Part shown: positions 46,006 to 60,200 of the stretch, in pieces
Layout: each line of letters begins with the position of its first letter
How positions within the stretch are numbered: the first letter of the stretch is position 1
NCBI GenBank assembly: GCA_002269645.1
Contig: NIVC01000100.1
Span: 868,001 to 932,000, forward strand
DNA length: 64,000 nucleotides
Direction: 5' to 3'
DNA from: Macrostomum lignano
Lineage: Eukaryota
The notes under the pieces: generated by a model
What the model was told of the DNA's origin: nothing
The model's database searches: none
Seen by the model: only the letters and a program-made list of their open reading frames with translations
Program-made: the position numbers and the translations under genes

Positions 46006-48267
46006 GTCGCCCTAAAGCAAAATTATTGATTTCCATAACAGCTGTCAACAAAGGTGTGCAGGGTTGGGGGGGACAAAGCATTGGCATGTCCCCCCATACA
46101 TGTACATGTAGCTCTTACTGTTGGGACATGTTCCCCCTGTCCCCCTGGTAGATATCAGCAGAGTCAGCCGCACGATTTGGCGCTACGCCCAGCCATAGAG
46201 TCCAGCAGGTGTTAAGAAGTTTACAAATCCGATAAAATACACAATTCATTGTTGGTCTGCGTCAAGATAATATATTTAACGCACTTTTTCGGTGTTGCAG
46301 TATAAGATTAGTTCCAACTTTTTGATTTGTGCATGGCGCAAGCAAGAAAATGATTTGAATGACTTTTTGTAACTGTATATTTTTCTCTATTGGGTCATAG
46401 GCGCGCTATAGTAGTATCGAAAAGCTGCGACTGTTAAAAAATTTACGAGCGTGTTACATGTATGTAGAAAATTAATATGTTGTGCACGCAAAAACCTGTG
46501 CACTCATCAGCAAGCAATAGCGCGGGAAGGAACAAAGTGCATGGCCAGAAACAATAGCAAAGTACGAGTATGTACATGGTATTCGTGCACAAGTGATCTG
46601 CATTTAATTACACCGTAACTGTACTTCAAATGCAGTGCAGATTCCAAGTCCTAAGTCCTCTTTTTGTATTTATTCCCCTTTTAGATTGGCGCTGTCGAAA
46701 TTGAGTGCAGTAATTGCCGTAATTGAAAATCAGTTTTGGGTTTAGATGCGCTTATTTCCATAGACAGTCTGTGACACGAGGCACTGGCTGTCGAAAATGA
46801 ATATACGATGCCGAAATCGAATGCAGTTTGCCGAAATTGTTTCTCAGTTTGTTGAATTCCAATGCATTTTGGATGTGCGGCCGTAGCTGATGTCGATCAA
46901 AATGAAAGCCAGTTTGCCGAAATTTAATGCAGTTTTATCGAAATACATGTAGAACGCAAATAAAAAGGTGTAGGAGATGAGCCATAGACAGGAGGATGTC
47001 TTCGCTTCGCTCGGAGACTGTATGGCTATCTTCTCGTATCAGGCGATTCTTGTTTATATAATATTTACATTTTTAAAGTTTACAGAGACAATTATATTTA
47101 GGAAGAGAAACCTATTGATCTTCATTCTTACGACCATAAGAGCAGCAGAACAAAAAATCCGAACATTTTCAGCAATTAATGTCTTTTTAAAACTGAGACA
47201 CATGTATTTTAAACTGCATGCTTAAAATTCTTAATTCAAGCACTGACTAAACAGAAATCGAGCTCACATTTGCCTGACTGCGTCGACTCTCTTGTAACGG
47301 AATGAGGCCCGACAGCTCTGAGGTGCTGGATCTGGCATGGAAAAACAGACAGGAAATGCGCAGCGCAGACTCGCAATGCACCGCCAAATGACACACCACC
47401 AAGCAAAGAATGATAAAAAGGGTTCATAAATTAGCGATCGAGTCGATCTGTGCTATTTTACAATTTTCGTTCACAGGAATGTATGTATCTGCAAGAAATT
47501 AATAAAAGCACCCATGCAATCCAATTGTTCTATGAGCATTATGAATAATTATTAAAGTTCTTTGAATGATTGTTAATAAATGATTATTATTAACAATTAA
47601 AAAAAGAGCTATAATAAAAGCCATAGTGATCGATTTCAAAAAATATCATTTGATCTGCCTGATAGCAAAAGAAAATTACAATTTTTGTGCTGAAATGACG
47701 ATAATAATAGATATGATTTAATATGATTTAAAAATATACTTTTTCGAATTTGATCTGTGCTATAATCTAAATAAAAGTTTCTAGGTAAAGGCGTAAAACG
47801 AAAACAATTTCTAAAAACTAAACAGCATAAGGCTCTTTTTTGAACTTTTTTTAATAGTAAGTATCAAGAAAATTTAAATTTACGTAACTTTTGCTGGCGT
47901 AAATAAACATTTTTTTTAAACTTTGTTAAAATACGTAATGTATATGACTCTCTTTTTAAACAAACGCATACAGTATCGCGCAAAATTCATATCGAAAGAA
48001 AATTATCAATAGGCCTAACAAAGTTTTGTTTCGATACAAGCGACTTTTATAACATCTGTTATTTAAGATTGGTTAGCACTCGGATATTTCTGCTTACACT
48101 GCACTGTTTTAAAATTTTATTTTTGTTTATCATCTTTTAGTGCGCGAAATATGCTCTAGAGAATTTTCCATTAATATTAACTAATTGAGTCTAGCTAGGC
48201 CCTAGACTAGTCTAGGCTAGATTCACGGTAACGAACTGTAGCACTTGATAATTAGTTATCTCCTGCT

Positions 48268-51200
48268 ATGGAGTTAACTAAAGAGAAAACAATATCTTTG
48301 CAGTCCAGCCATGCTGTCCAGTCTGTGACATTCATACCAACTTTAAACTTGATAGCAGCCGCCTCCCCGAGGCAGGACGAGTTGGTGTTTGAATTTTTCG
48401 ATGCTTCGTCTGGTTTGCGACTGATTAATAAGCAGTATCCTAAAGAAAAACTCAAAAAGCCATCTTTGTTACAAGATGCAAATCAGTCAAACAATAGTCA
48501 TGCAGTAGACCAGAAGCCAATTGGTGTTGATGTCAATGAAACTCAATTGAATAAATTGTCTGGTAAGTCAATAAATTAGATCTTACTTAACATAAAAATA
48601 CACTGGAAGATGCTTCTCTTTATTTATAATTTGATAGACTCTAATTATGTTTTATTAGATTTGGAACTTATTTTGTTAACTATGCATTTTTATTTGTATA
48701 TAACATAACTATTTATGCTGAGGCTAGGCCCTATTCAATTTAGATTGAGTTTATTTAAAATTTAAATCAGTTACAAGTTATGAATCTATTTAACATTTTC
48801 CATTTATTTTTAGAAACTTTGTGGACTATAATAGTCCCTATAAGAAAAAGTTGTAAAACTGCAGATGGTATCTAGTGCACTTTCAAAATTTTTCTAAAGT
48901 GCAATATGCGCCAGGCGTGCAATGTCTACGAGTGCTCTGCCCTTTTTACTGGCTGCTGCTCTGGCAAATAAATATACATGGAAGAGGGTCTAATACCTTT
49001 GTGAAAGGGGCCTATATACTCCTTATATTATGCTTATAGAGATGTCCCAAAATTTCAATTTTGATTTTCCAAAATTTAGAATGTTTATTTTGAAAAAATT
49101 TGGAAGTCAAAATTTTAGAAGTGTATAAAAGTAATACAATAATTTGCACTACATATACATGTATTTTGTTTTATATAAGCAGTAAATCAAGAGTAGAAAA
49201 GCGAGTTTTGGTCAATATTTAAACTTTGTTTTTCTAAATTTTAATTTTGGAAAATTTTAATTACAATTTTGAAAAATAAGCAAATTTCAATTTAAGAGAA
49301 AATACTTTCTAATAATCCTAAAGCGTAGTAGAATAATTTGACTCTTTCTAAAATGTGCATCCACAAGTTTTAACAATTATTCCAATAGGGATAATAGTAT
49401 TAAATATTTTTAATACTATTGTTTATCCTATATTGTTTATCCTATATTCCTTTTAAAATTATAGAAAAGTAGGGACTCCAATGAGATTGTGGCATGAATT
49501 CAAAAATGCAAAATATGACCAAAATAGTGCTACTTATAAATGCCAAAAAAGTTATATAATATAAAATACAAATAATGAGTGAAAACAATTTTAAAAGAGC
49601 AATAAAATGTTTTAACATGAAACTTAACATAGATCAATTGGACAAATTTGACAAAAGTTACATTGAAGTAAAGTTTCCCTATTTTGAGAGAATTTTGAAA
49701 ACTGTGACTAGGCCTATCGTTAAAAATATTGTTATTTCATATTTTGAATTTTTCTAAGAAATAGTATGTTTTTATATAAAAAGGTGATTATAACTACATT
49801 CTGCATATAAAAAAGCTATTTTAGGGCCACTTTTTTTCTTAAGTTTCCTATTCTAACAAAAAATGTTTTTACTTTAAACATTTCATTTTTTTCAAATAGG
49901 CAATATCAAATATGCTAAAATCCTACTATGGATTTTCTAATACAGAATTTATTGAAGAACATGATACTTGATAGAATAAGGCTATTTTCATAATAAGCTG
50001 AGCTTTTCTATGTCTAGAGCCTAAAGTACCTACTACATATACAAGTGAATAGTAGTTTTATGACATTTGCATCATTTTGAATGGCAAACAAATAGAATAC
50101 GTGTTTATTTCTTGCTAATTATACATAATTACAAAGTACTTAAGGAATACCAATTATCAAAAAAGAATGTTTCAACATTTGGTGCACATTAAGGCTAAAA
50201 CAAGGCTAAGGTTAAAACAATTATTTTATAGGCAAGTATTAAGTATAGAGTATAAGAATGCAAATGAAAAATATGAAAATAACATGTAATTAAACGTACA
50301 ATTTTTAAAACTAGAGAAAAAAATGCAGAAAATGAGGTATTATGATTCATAGATTATCGAGAGAAAACTTTTTAAAACATGAAATCAGCCACAAAACTGA
50401 TCATAGTCCTTTTTGAGAAAATTATATTACAGGCTAAAAAAATTCAATGACAAAATTTTGCATAACTTTTTTATACAAATTTCAAAAGTGAGGTGTCTTT
50501 TTACTTAAATAAACTACTTGTAGATCTTTTATACTACATTTTAAGTTTTATAAAATCTCACTGGAGCCCCTAAGAAAAGCACAAATTTTCTATTTAGTTT
50601 AAATTAAAGATTGTTGACATTGTATATTTATTAAAGATTATATTAAAAGGTTTTGAAAATTATTTTCTTTAATTTTTCTAATTCTATTTGATAAGTCTTA
50701 TTTGCTTAAGTAAAATTAAAAAGCTAAATTTTTGAAAATTGGTAAAATAAAAAAATTATAATACAATTTTATAAAGAAACAAAAATAAAATGTACATTAT
50801 AATAGAAAATTCCAGTACATATCAAAGAAAAATTTGTGCCTAGTGGCTTATAGCAAAAGCTGATAAAAAATTAGCTCAATTGGTCACCCAAAATGTATAA
50901 TCTGCATATGCAATGCATAAAATATGCTTTTAGATTACATTTTTCCAAGTGTATCAAGTAAAAAAAATTGTTTCTTGGTAAGTAAAACAAATAATTCAAA
51001 TCAAAATGGCACTTAAGTATAAAGTTTTAGCTGAATTTTTGACAGTTTTAACCATGACCAAATAAGCCTAGTTATAAACAGAACTATTGCAATATACAAG
51101 AAGTATATATTTTGGAACATTATGCATTAGACTCTTTGTATTGGTAATGCTAATAAATATAATTGATTTTTGCAATATTCTGCTTTAGATATGATAGCAA

Positions 51201-54200
51201 TGTCATCCATACTTATTATAAAAAATATATTCTATGCTAGATGTTCTGTTGCATATTGAGCACCTTGATGCATTGCCTTCTGCAAAATTATTGTGAAAAG
51301 CAAGTTGTAAAACATTTTTGTTGCCATTTTGAAATTTAAAAATATATATAAACACATAGACAGTAGGCATAAACATAACCATAAATTATAAGGTATCTGG
51401 TATCCTTGTTGGGTGAATTTTTGTTTCATATTCATATAAAACTGAAATTCACATGGCTGTTATTTGGAAATAAAATAGTATACCATAAGATACTTCTGTA
51501 TTATAATATTTTCTATCGTAATCGTAAAAATTTCCATTTTCAATATGCTATATTGGCAATTTGTCTAATTTAGACAAACTATTAATTATCCAATATTAGT
51601 CATTAGAAAAGTGAATTTTGATATAAAATAATTTTTAGAATCTCTGATAAAACTAGCTTTCTTTTAAAGTATATTTATCAAATTTTTAATAAATATTCAT
51701 CTATTTCAATGTCTCAGGTGCCTCATCCACTGTGGTGACAGACTTCTTTCATGGTACTGGTCAATTTGTTCTATCTTGGGGCAACCGCTTCTCCATCCGG
51801 CGCGATTTAAATGGCACATTACTATTAGACAGTTTGCTAGACTGTCAGTGCTCTGATAAAGATGAAATTGTTAATTTGGATCTAACTGTGACTGATGTAA
51901 GTTTATATTGTCTGTCATTAATTTGTTGTGTTGACTTATGGAATTGATTTTAGCTCACAGGCTAGTAGGATAAAATCTACATTAGAGTAGAGTAGCAGTG
52001 ACTCCTGAAGTACAGGTAAATACCCACAGTGACCCCTGAAGTACAGTTGAGAACCCAGTGACCCCTTAAGTATAGATAAATACCCAGTGACCCCTGAGGT
52101 ACATTAAAATACCCAGTGACCACTGAAGTATAGATAAATACCCAGTGGACCCTGAGGTACATGTAAATACCCAGTAACCACTGAAGTACAGATGAATACC
52201 TCTTTGACTTCTGAAGTACAGGGAAATACCCATTGACCCCTAAAGTGCAAGTAAGTAGCAGTGACCCCAAAAGTCGGTCATGTTAATAGTCGTTTAAGTA
52301 AGCGATATCTCATTGTAACAACAATAATTTAACAAAATCCACAGGCCACTCATCTGCACGCTTTGCTAAATGAATTCTGCGACCTAGACAGCGCAGATCA
52401 AACCGATCAAATCGCCGCAGATGAACTTCGTGACGCCTACAGTCAGCTGGGCGATGGTCTTAGCCGTGTTGGTCAGCGAAGCGGTGACAAACACGCCAGA
52501 TTAGTGCTATCCGGTCAGCTAGATGGCCTCCTACAGCGGCTGTCCACTCTGCAAGATTATCTAGTTCAGAGTCAGTTATTAAATAACCCGGGAGTACCTG
52601 TGTTAGCTTCGCTAATTGACCGTCTAGTACAACTGCGCCCAGATCCGCCAATTAATCCATTGGAATTAGCTAGAACCGCTGATAAAAGCGTGTTCAATTC
52701 TGAAGCTAACAGACGCGAGACATTTGCCACTTGGCCGCACATGCACTATAAATGGGCCCTGCCAGAAGCCATGGCAGCTGCAGGGTTCTATCATTCACCG
52801 CCAGACTCTGATCGGGCTCTGTGCTTTGCTTGCATAGTGTGTCTGGTATCCTGGGAGCCAACAGATGAGCCCTGGTCTGAGCACGAGCGTCACTCGCCGA
52901 ACTGCGTATTTGTTAAAAACGAGTTCACTAACAATGTACCATTAATTGCTACTCAAGCTACGGAGCCGGCTAGGATTACTCAACGCCCAGTTGACATTAT
53001 TGGCGTTAGTAACTCGCCAATGATTTTGCCTACGTCAAGCTTAGATGGCGATTTATCCCTATGGGATTTGAGTCTGCGTTATCGAGTACGCGCCGAGACT
53101 AGCATTAAACGAGAGAATGATCTGTTTACTAGTTCGAGCGAATCTAATCGCAGTGTTAAAGTTAATGCCCTGTTGCTATGCGACGCTAATGTGGACAGAT
53201 TAGCTGTGCTAGTGGCTTGCCAGTTAGCCAATCAACCCGATGCTAACTGGGAACCTGCTCTACTCGTTTATCGAATCGATCGAAGCGAAGTTTCTTATCT
53301 GGACAGTTCCAGTCATCGTCGCAGTAGACGATTGCGTCTGTTAGATCGCGCATCGTTGACTGCTCCATACGTGTCGCTTCAGGCTCCCAGGCCTGCGAAT
53401 CATCCCGCTGCTGTAGCCGCTGCTACTACCGCCACGTCAGCTACTACAGTTGTGGCCGCGTCTATGGATGGATACATTGTCATCTATCACAGCTTGCTAC
53501 AGCTGTTGCTATTGGATAATCCGTTGGAGTCCGGCTTTCGTATTAGTCACATGGTTAGAACTAGGATACCGTTATTACCGTTGAGTACTAATCCTACTAT
53601 TGATGAAGCTGCTATTGCTGATTGTGCGCTGCTCAAGCCGCGACAGTTGCTGCTGTTAGCGCCGGATCCGATGGACGATAGTGCGCCTGCGGTGTCCGTG
53701 GCTGTTGTCGAACCGGTAAGTGACTTACAGAGTCCTTAAGACGAGCCCCCAAGGATGGGCGGTCCAAGAGTCGGGTGGGCCATAAGGATTGTATAATTAC
53801 TTGAGACTAGGAATTGCAGTAACTAGGAAATCCATGAGTCAGGAGAATCCCAGAAACGTGGAACTCCCCAAGGCATGGGTAATCTCTTTGGCGGAGAAAT
53901 CACTAAGACAGGGAAATTTCAAAGATGGGTAATCTCAGACATTGGGAAATCCCATAAATTCGAATCCCATAGATGTAATCCTGGATACGGGGAAATCCCA
54001 GAGATGGATACTCCCTGAGATCGAGGAGTTAAGGCAATCCATAAGACGAATCCCGGATACAAGGAATTCCATGAGCCAGGGGAATCCCGGGGACAAGGAA
54101 ATCCATGAGTCAGGGGAACCCCGGGGACAAGGAAATCCATGAGTCAGGGAGAATCCAAGAGACAAGGACATCCATAAGACGCGGGAATCCTAGGGACAAG

Positions 54201-57200
54201 GAAATCTCTTTGGCGGGGGAATCACAGATGCCTACAGTATCATCGACAGTTAAATTCCAAAAAATGTTTTCTAATTAAGCATCCTATACCTTCAGTGTGT
54301 GTAATAAATCGCTTTAATTTTATTCTAGGTTGCCAAGCGAACCAGATGCGACTTAGGCGACGCCTCCGTAGCAGCGGAGCTGGGCTGCGCAGCCGTGCTC
54401 ACCTGCGATTCGACTATTCTAGTGGTAGACCTGGACAGAGAACTGGTCACCTATCGGGTGGCACCGCCGCCTCCTCCGGCGTCTCCTAGCGGCGATGTTA
54501 ACGCTGTTAGCCAATCAGAATCGTTGGAATCTTCAGCAGTTTCCACCACTGGCTCCTACTACACTCGCATCGAGTATTGCTGCGGCTTAGACAAATTAGT
54601 AGCCGCTAGAGATAGAGAGTTGCACATATTCAATGTGTCTAGGCCGGATCCAGAGTGTTTAGAGACGATGCGACCAGCTGGTTCTGTGTCAGCTGATGCT
54701 GCTCTTTCGACATCTGCTACGCAAGGCATGGTTGCATCCGAGGAGCTCGAACTTGACGGTTCGTCAAGACCCGGCGCAAATGTTGACTCGTCATCATCCG
54801 TAGCAGCTGGTGCTGGAGGCGTTCCAAGTTCCTTGTTGGGATCTGGAGCAGCTGGTGAAGCTGCAGCCACAGTTGGCGGCGGTTCCGCTTCCTCATCATC
54901 ATCGCTATTCCGTCAGCCGTTGATTGACAGCTATGCAAAACTATTGGAATTAACTCAGTACGAATATATGACGCCAAGATTTATGGCCACAGTTGGTCCG
55001 TGCTGGACTGAATTGCAGCCTGAGCAGCAGCAGCGCTTGCATCCGATGTACCAGTTGGGTACAGGTTCGGCTGGAGTTGGCGGTATCAGCGGCATAGGAG
55101 CCGACTGTTCTCGATCGTTTAAATTAACACCAGACTCTGCTAGCTGGTCCGAGCATCTGATCGATATTGTACTACTGAAATCAGTTTGCGTTGGACATAT
55201 CGATTTGAAATTAACGATAGATTATTTCCAACAACCTCCGCCGAATATTGCTGTCACACTGTTGACTTTGAACGTGTCAGGATCCAGCGTTGGTAGCAAA
55301 GACCCCGATAGCATATCGTTGCCTTACATTGATGACGATTCCAGTTTGCCATTGTCTTCTGATCAGTTGAAAGCATTGAATGCCGAAGTGATTGCTGGGC
55401 CGTATAATCTAGCCGAGTACTTGGACGGATCCGGTCGGGTTGCTTACATCACCATGACTAGCCTGGAGCTGATCCGTTGTCGAACTAGAAACTTTGCTAT
55501 TCACATCAAGTATTGCTGCAGTCCGCAACAGCAGCAGCAAGCTGAGCAGCAGCAGCAGCAACAACAGGCGCCTGGCAACAAGCCGAGCGCATCTACTATT
55601 CGCCAAGGCTGCGATTGTATTCGCGAGATGACAATCTGCGTTAGAAAATTCAAACGGACATCGTTGCCGAAAGAGCGCCAACAGAGGCTAGCTTTGCTGA
55701 CTGATTCAGAGTTGCATAGAGCTGCAGTTCAACTGCTAGCCGATGGTAGTTTAACGCCTGGCCGCGAGCCAGTGCCCAGCCTATTGGCTCTGCTGAATTG
55801 GATTCTATCCATTCTTTATCACTGTCCGGGTGGCGATACTCGGCTACCGGAGCTAATTGGCGAACAAGCCGACAATCTGGTCTGGCGTCTGCTGTTGCAG
55901 AATCAGCGTACGGTTGCTAATCTAGCATTGAGGTTGTTCAACAGCGCCGTGGCTCTTCGAAGATCTGCCTGCGCTCCTGGCCTTGCTAGGGCCGTGTCGC
56001 GTCATGTGACCCGGCTAGCGGAAGTTCGCAGCCCTGCCGGTCTGGCCAACTTCTTCGCCTTGGCCAATTCGTTGCATCTGGCCGGTTATACTTGCGATAG
56101 ACTGGAGGAGCGCCTAGCTAAACTGTTAGTAGAACTGTCGGTTAGTCTGCGCGATAGAAGCGGCGAGTTCTATCCGTCTGTACTGCGCTCTCAAGCCTGC
56201 CTGTATCATAATCCATTAGAGCCGGAACTATTCGATTTAGATCCTGTGGTTGCTTATCGTCTGAGAGCGTCGCTTAGAGCCGGTCCGGTTGGTAATAGCG
56301 GCAGTGCAGCTGCTGCCGCCGCTGCTGCAGCTGCGGGTAGCAACACCGGAGCTTCAGGCGGCGGTGCTGGCATGCCGGGCGCTTTTGCCGGAGTCGGCAG
56401 CGCCGGTGCCGGTATGTTTAATCCTTACGCTGGGTCTGCTGCCAGCGGCGGAGGCGCTATGCCATCGATGGGGCCGATGACTGCGGCTTCGACAGCGCCG
56501 CCGGGAGCTGCAGGTTATAGTCCGCCGCCTTATGGTTGGGCTGGTTGGGCAATTGTGCCTCTGGGTTTTAGCAGCGGCGGTGGCGCCGGCCTTGGCCTTG
56601 GCAGTAGTGCAGCGGGATCAGCTGGGGCTGGTGCTAATATCGCTTCGCTGTCGCAGTCTGTGCCGATGTTAGTACCGAAAGTTGCTCTGCCTGGCGAGTG
56701 GGCATCGGCTGCGGCTAGTGGTGAGACTGAATTGTCTGCTTGATTGTGAAATTATAGTCTAAAAACTACTACTTTTAACCTACCATCTGCAATTGTAAAT
56801 TCACTTTTAAAGTATACTCTAACCTTCGCTAACCTACCCACATAACTTTAGAATCTACCACATAGCCTACTTTTAGAATATACGTAGCCTATCTTTAGTA
56901 TCTAACCTAACCTACCTTAAGAATCTACCCTAACCTAGTCTCAAAATCTACCATAACCTACTTTTAGAATCTACGTCGCCTACCTTTAGTATCAACCCTA
57001 ATCTACTTTCATAATCTACCCTAACCTACCTTTAGAATCTACCCTAACCTACCTTTGGAATCTACCCTAACCTAACCTCAGAATCTACCCTAACCTAACC
57101 TCAGAATCTACCCTAACCTACTCTCAGAATCTACACTAACCTAACCTCAGAATCTACCCTAACCTACTCTTAGAATCTACCCTAACCTAGTCTCAGAATC

Positions 57201-60200
57201 TACCCCAATCTAATCTAACCTCAAAATCTATCCTTACCTACTCTCAGAATCTACCCTAACCTACTCTCAGAATCTACCCTAATCTAACCTCAGAATCTAC
57301 CCTTAACCTACTCTCAAAATCTACCTTAACCTACTCTCAGAATCTACCCTAACCTACTCTCAAAATCTACCCTAACCTACTCTCAGAATCTACCCTAATC
57401 TAACCTCAGAATCTACCATAGCTTACTTTTAGAATCTACGTCGCCTACCTTTAGTATCAACCCTAATCTACTTTAAGAATCTACCCTAACCTACCTTTAG
57501 AATCTACCCTAACCTACCTTTAGAATCTACCCTAACCTACCTTTGTAATCTACCCTAACCTAACCTCAGAATCTACCCCAATCTAATCTAACCTCAAAAT
57601 CTATCCTTACCTACTCTTAGAATCTACCCTAACCTAGTCTCAGAATCTACCCCAATCTAATCTAACCTCAAAATCTATCCTTACCTACTCTCAGAATCTA
57701 CCCTAACCTACTCTCAAAATCTACCCTAACCTACTCTCAAAATCTACCCTCAGAATCTACCATAAGCTACCCTCAGAATCTACCATAAGCTACCCTCAGA
57801 ATCTACCATAAGCTACCCTCAGAATCTACCATAACCTACCTTTAGAATCTACCCTAACCTACCTTTGTAATCTACCCTAACCTAACCTCAGAATCTACCC
57901 CAATCTAATCTAACCTCAAAATCTATCCTTACCTACTCTTAGAATCTACCCTAACCTAGTCTCAGAATCTACCCCAATCTAATCTAACCTCAGAATCTAC
58001 CCTTAACCTACTCTCAAAATCTACCCTAACCTACTCTCAGAATCTACCCTAACCTACTCTCAAAATCTACCCTCAGAATCTACCCTCAGAATCTACCATA
58101 AGCTACCCTCAGAATCTACCATAAGCTACCCTCAGAATCTACCATAAGCTACCCTCAGAATCTACCATAAGCTACCCTCAGAATCTACCATAAGCTACCC
58201 TCAGAATCTACCATAAGCTACCCTCAGAATCTACCATAAGCTACCCTCAGAATCTACCATAAGCTACCCTCAGAATCTACCATAAGCTACCCTCAGAATC
58301 TACCATAAGCTACCCTCAGAATCTACCATAAGCTACCCTCAGAATCTACCATAAGCTACCCTCAGAATCTACCATAAGCTACCCTCAGAATCTACCATAA
58401 GCTACCCTCAGAATCTACCATAAGCTACCCTCAGAATCTACCATAAGCTACCCTCAGAATCTACCATAAGCTACCCTCAGAATCTACCATAAGCTACCCT
58501 CAGAATCTACCATAAGCTACCCTCAGAATCTACCATAAGCTACCCTCAGAATCTACCATAAGCTACCCTCAGAATCTACCATAAGCTACCCTCAGAATCT
58601 ACCATAAGCTACCCTCAGAATCTACCATAAGCTACCCTCAGAATCTACCATAAGCTACCCTCAGAATCTACCATAAGCTACCCTCAGAATCTACCATAAG
58701 CTACCCTCAGAATCTACCATAAGCTACCCTCAGAATCTACCCTCAGAATTTACCCTAACCTACCTCAACTGTGCTAAGAATCTCAGTAACTGACTCTACT
58801 GAGATTTAAATCCTAATTTGCTAATTACTCCAGGTAACTGCACTTCAACTTTAATGGCAGCCGCAGCGGCAGCAGCGGCCGCAGCGGCCACATCCGGCGG
58901 CCAAGGGGGCGGCTCCGGCCGTCCAGGCTCCGATGACGATCGCGTGTCGGACGTCCTCCGCCTGTTGCCGCCTCCTGTGACGTCGACAAGCGAGATTCAA
59001 GCTTGGCAAACTCGAGGCCTAATCGAAGTTGAACCGCTACATTTCACCTGTTGCTTAGCAACTGGCGGAACTCGAATCGAATACTTGGACACTTGCCAGG
59101 CCTATCCGATGGCTTCGGCTGGTTCAGCTTCGGCTTCAGCTGCCATGGCATCCGCTGCGGCTGCTTCTGCAAGCGGTCAGACTGCTGCTGGTGTAACCGC
59201 AGCCTCCTCAGCAGGTGCTGCCATGCCCTCATCAGCCGCGGCAGCTGCAGCCTCAGAGAAGAAGTCTCTAGAAGCCAAACTTATGGACCCGACTCCGCCA
59301 ACGCCGAAAACTACGCCAGCTACTACTACTCATACTACTCCGCTATTTGCTACTCCATCGGTTAGTCCGCCTCCGCCAGATGAACTGGACGAAGAAGCTG
59401 GCGCCGCCGCTGCTGCTAGCGGTAAAGCTCCATCGGGCGGTGACATCGCCGAAGCTACCGCGGCAGCAGCCGCCGCCGCAGCTGCGGCCGCTTCGGCAGC
59501 TGCTCGACTATCAAGTCACTCGACCGCCGCCAGTCACCTGTTGAATCCGCCGCAGCCGCTGGCTCTAGTTGTCGATCGCATGCACCCTGGGGCGCGTAGA
59601 TTTGTTATACTGGACTTCGGACACTCCGTACTGCTCACCGATGTGTTAATACCCGCCTGCAGCGATCTTGGCTCCATCTCGGTGACCGTGTGGAATCGGT
59701 CAGAAGAGATTGACTCACTGAGATTAGCCGTCTCAACTGATATCGGATCGCATCCTCTGGTACTCACCGATTTGTACCCGCCGCCTCTGTGCAGATTCTT
59801 AAAGGTGGCCATCATTGGCAAGATGGCTGGCAGTACACCGAACCGTACTCGAATCCCGCTAGGCGCATTCTTCGGTCACAGCTGTCTGGATGCCACGTTG
59901 GAATCTGCGCAACAATTGAAAGCTGTCGCCGAAGAGAATCTTTGTCGTTACGGCATGGCCTGCGCTCAGTTGCAGAGACAGCTGGACTCACTGGCTAATA
60001 CGCCTGCGGCTGGTGTTGGCGGCGATTCCTCTGGTGCCGCTGCCGCGATGCCATCCTCGTCTGGTGCTGCCTCAGCGTCGGGCCCGTCAGCGCTTCATCA
60101 CCAGCTGCCGTCGTTGTTTGGCGGCCCAGCGACGGCTGCTTCGCCGTCCTTGGCTGACCCAATGCTTGCTGGCCGCCTGCGGCAGGCCTATGACAACTGC

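Noticed and set aside
47236-47427. 63-aa ORF on the minus strand upstream of BIRC6
   Set aside because: Could be a small exon, but I recognise no homology and cannot link it by splice phase to anything.
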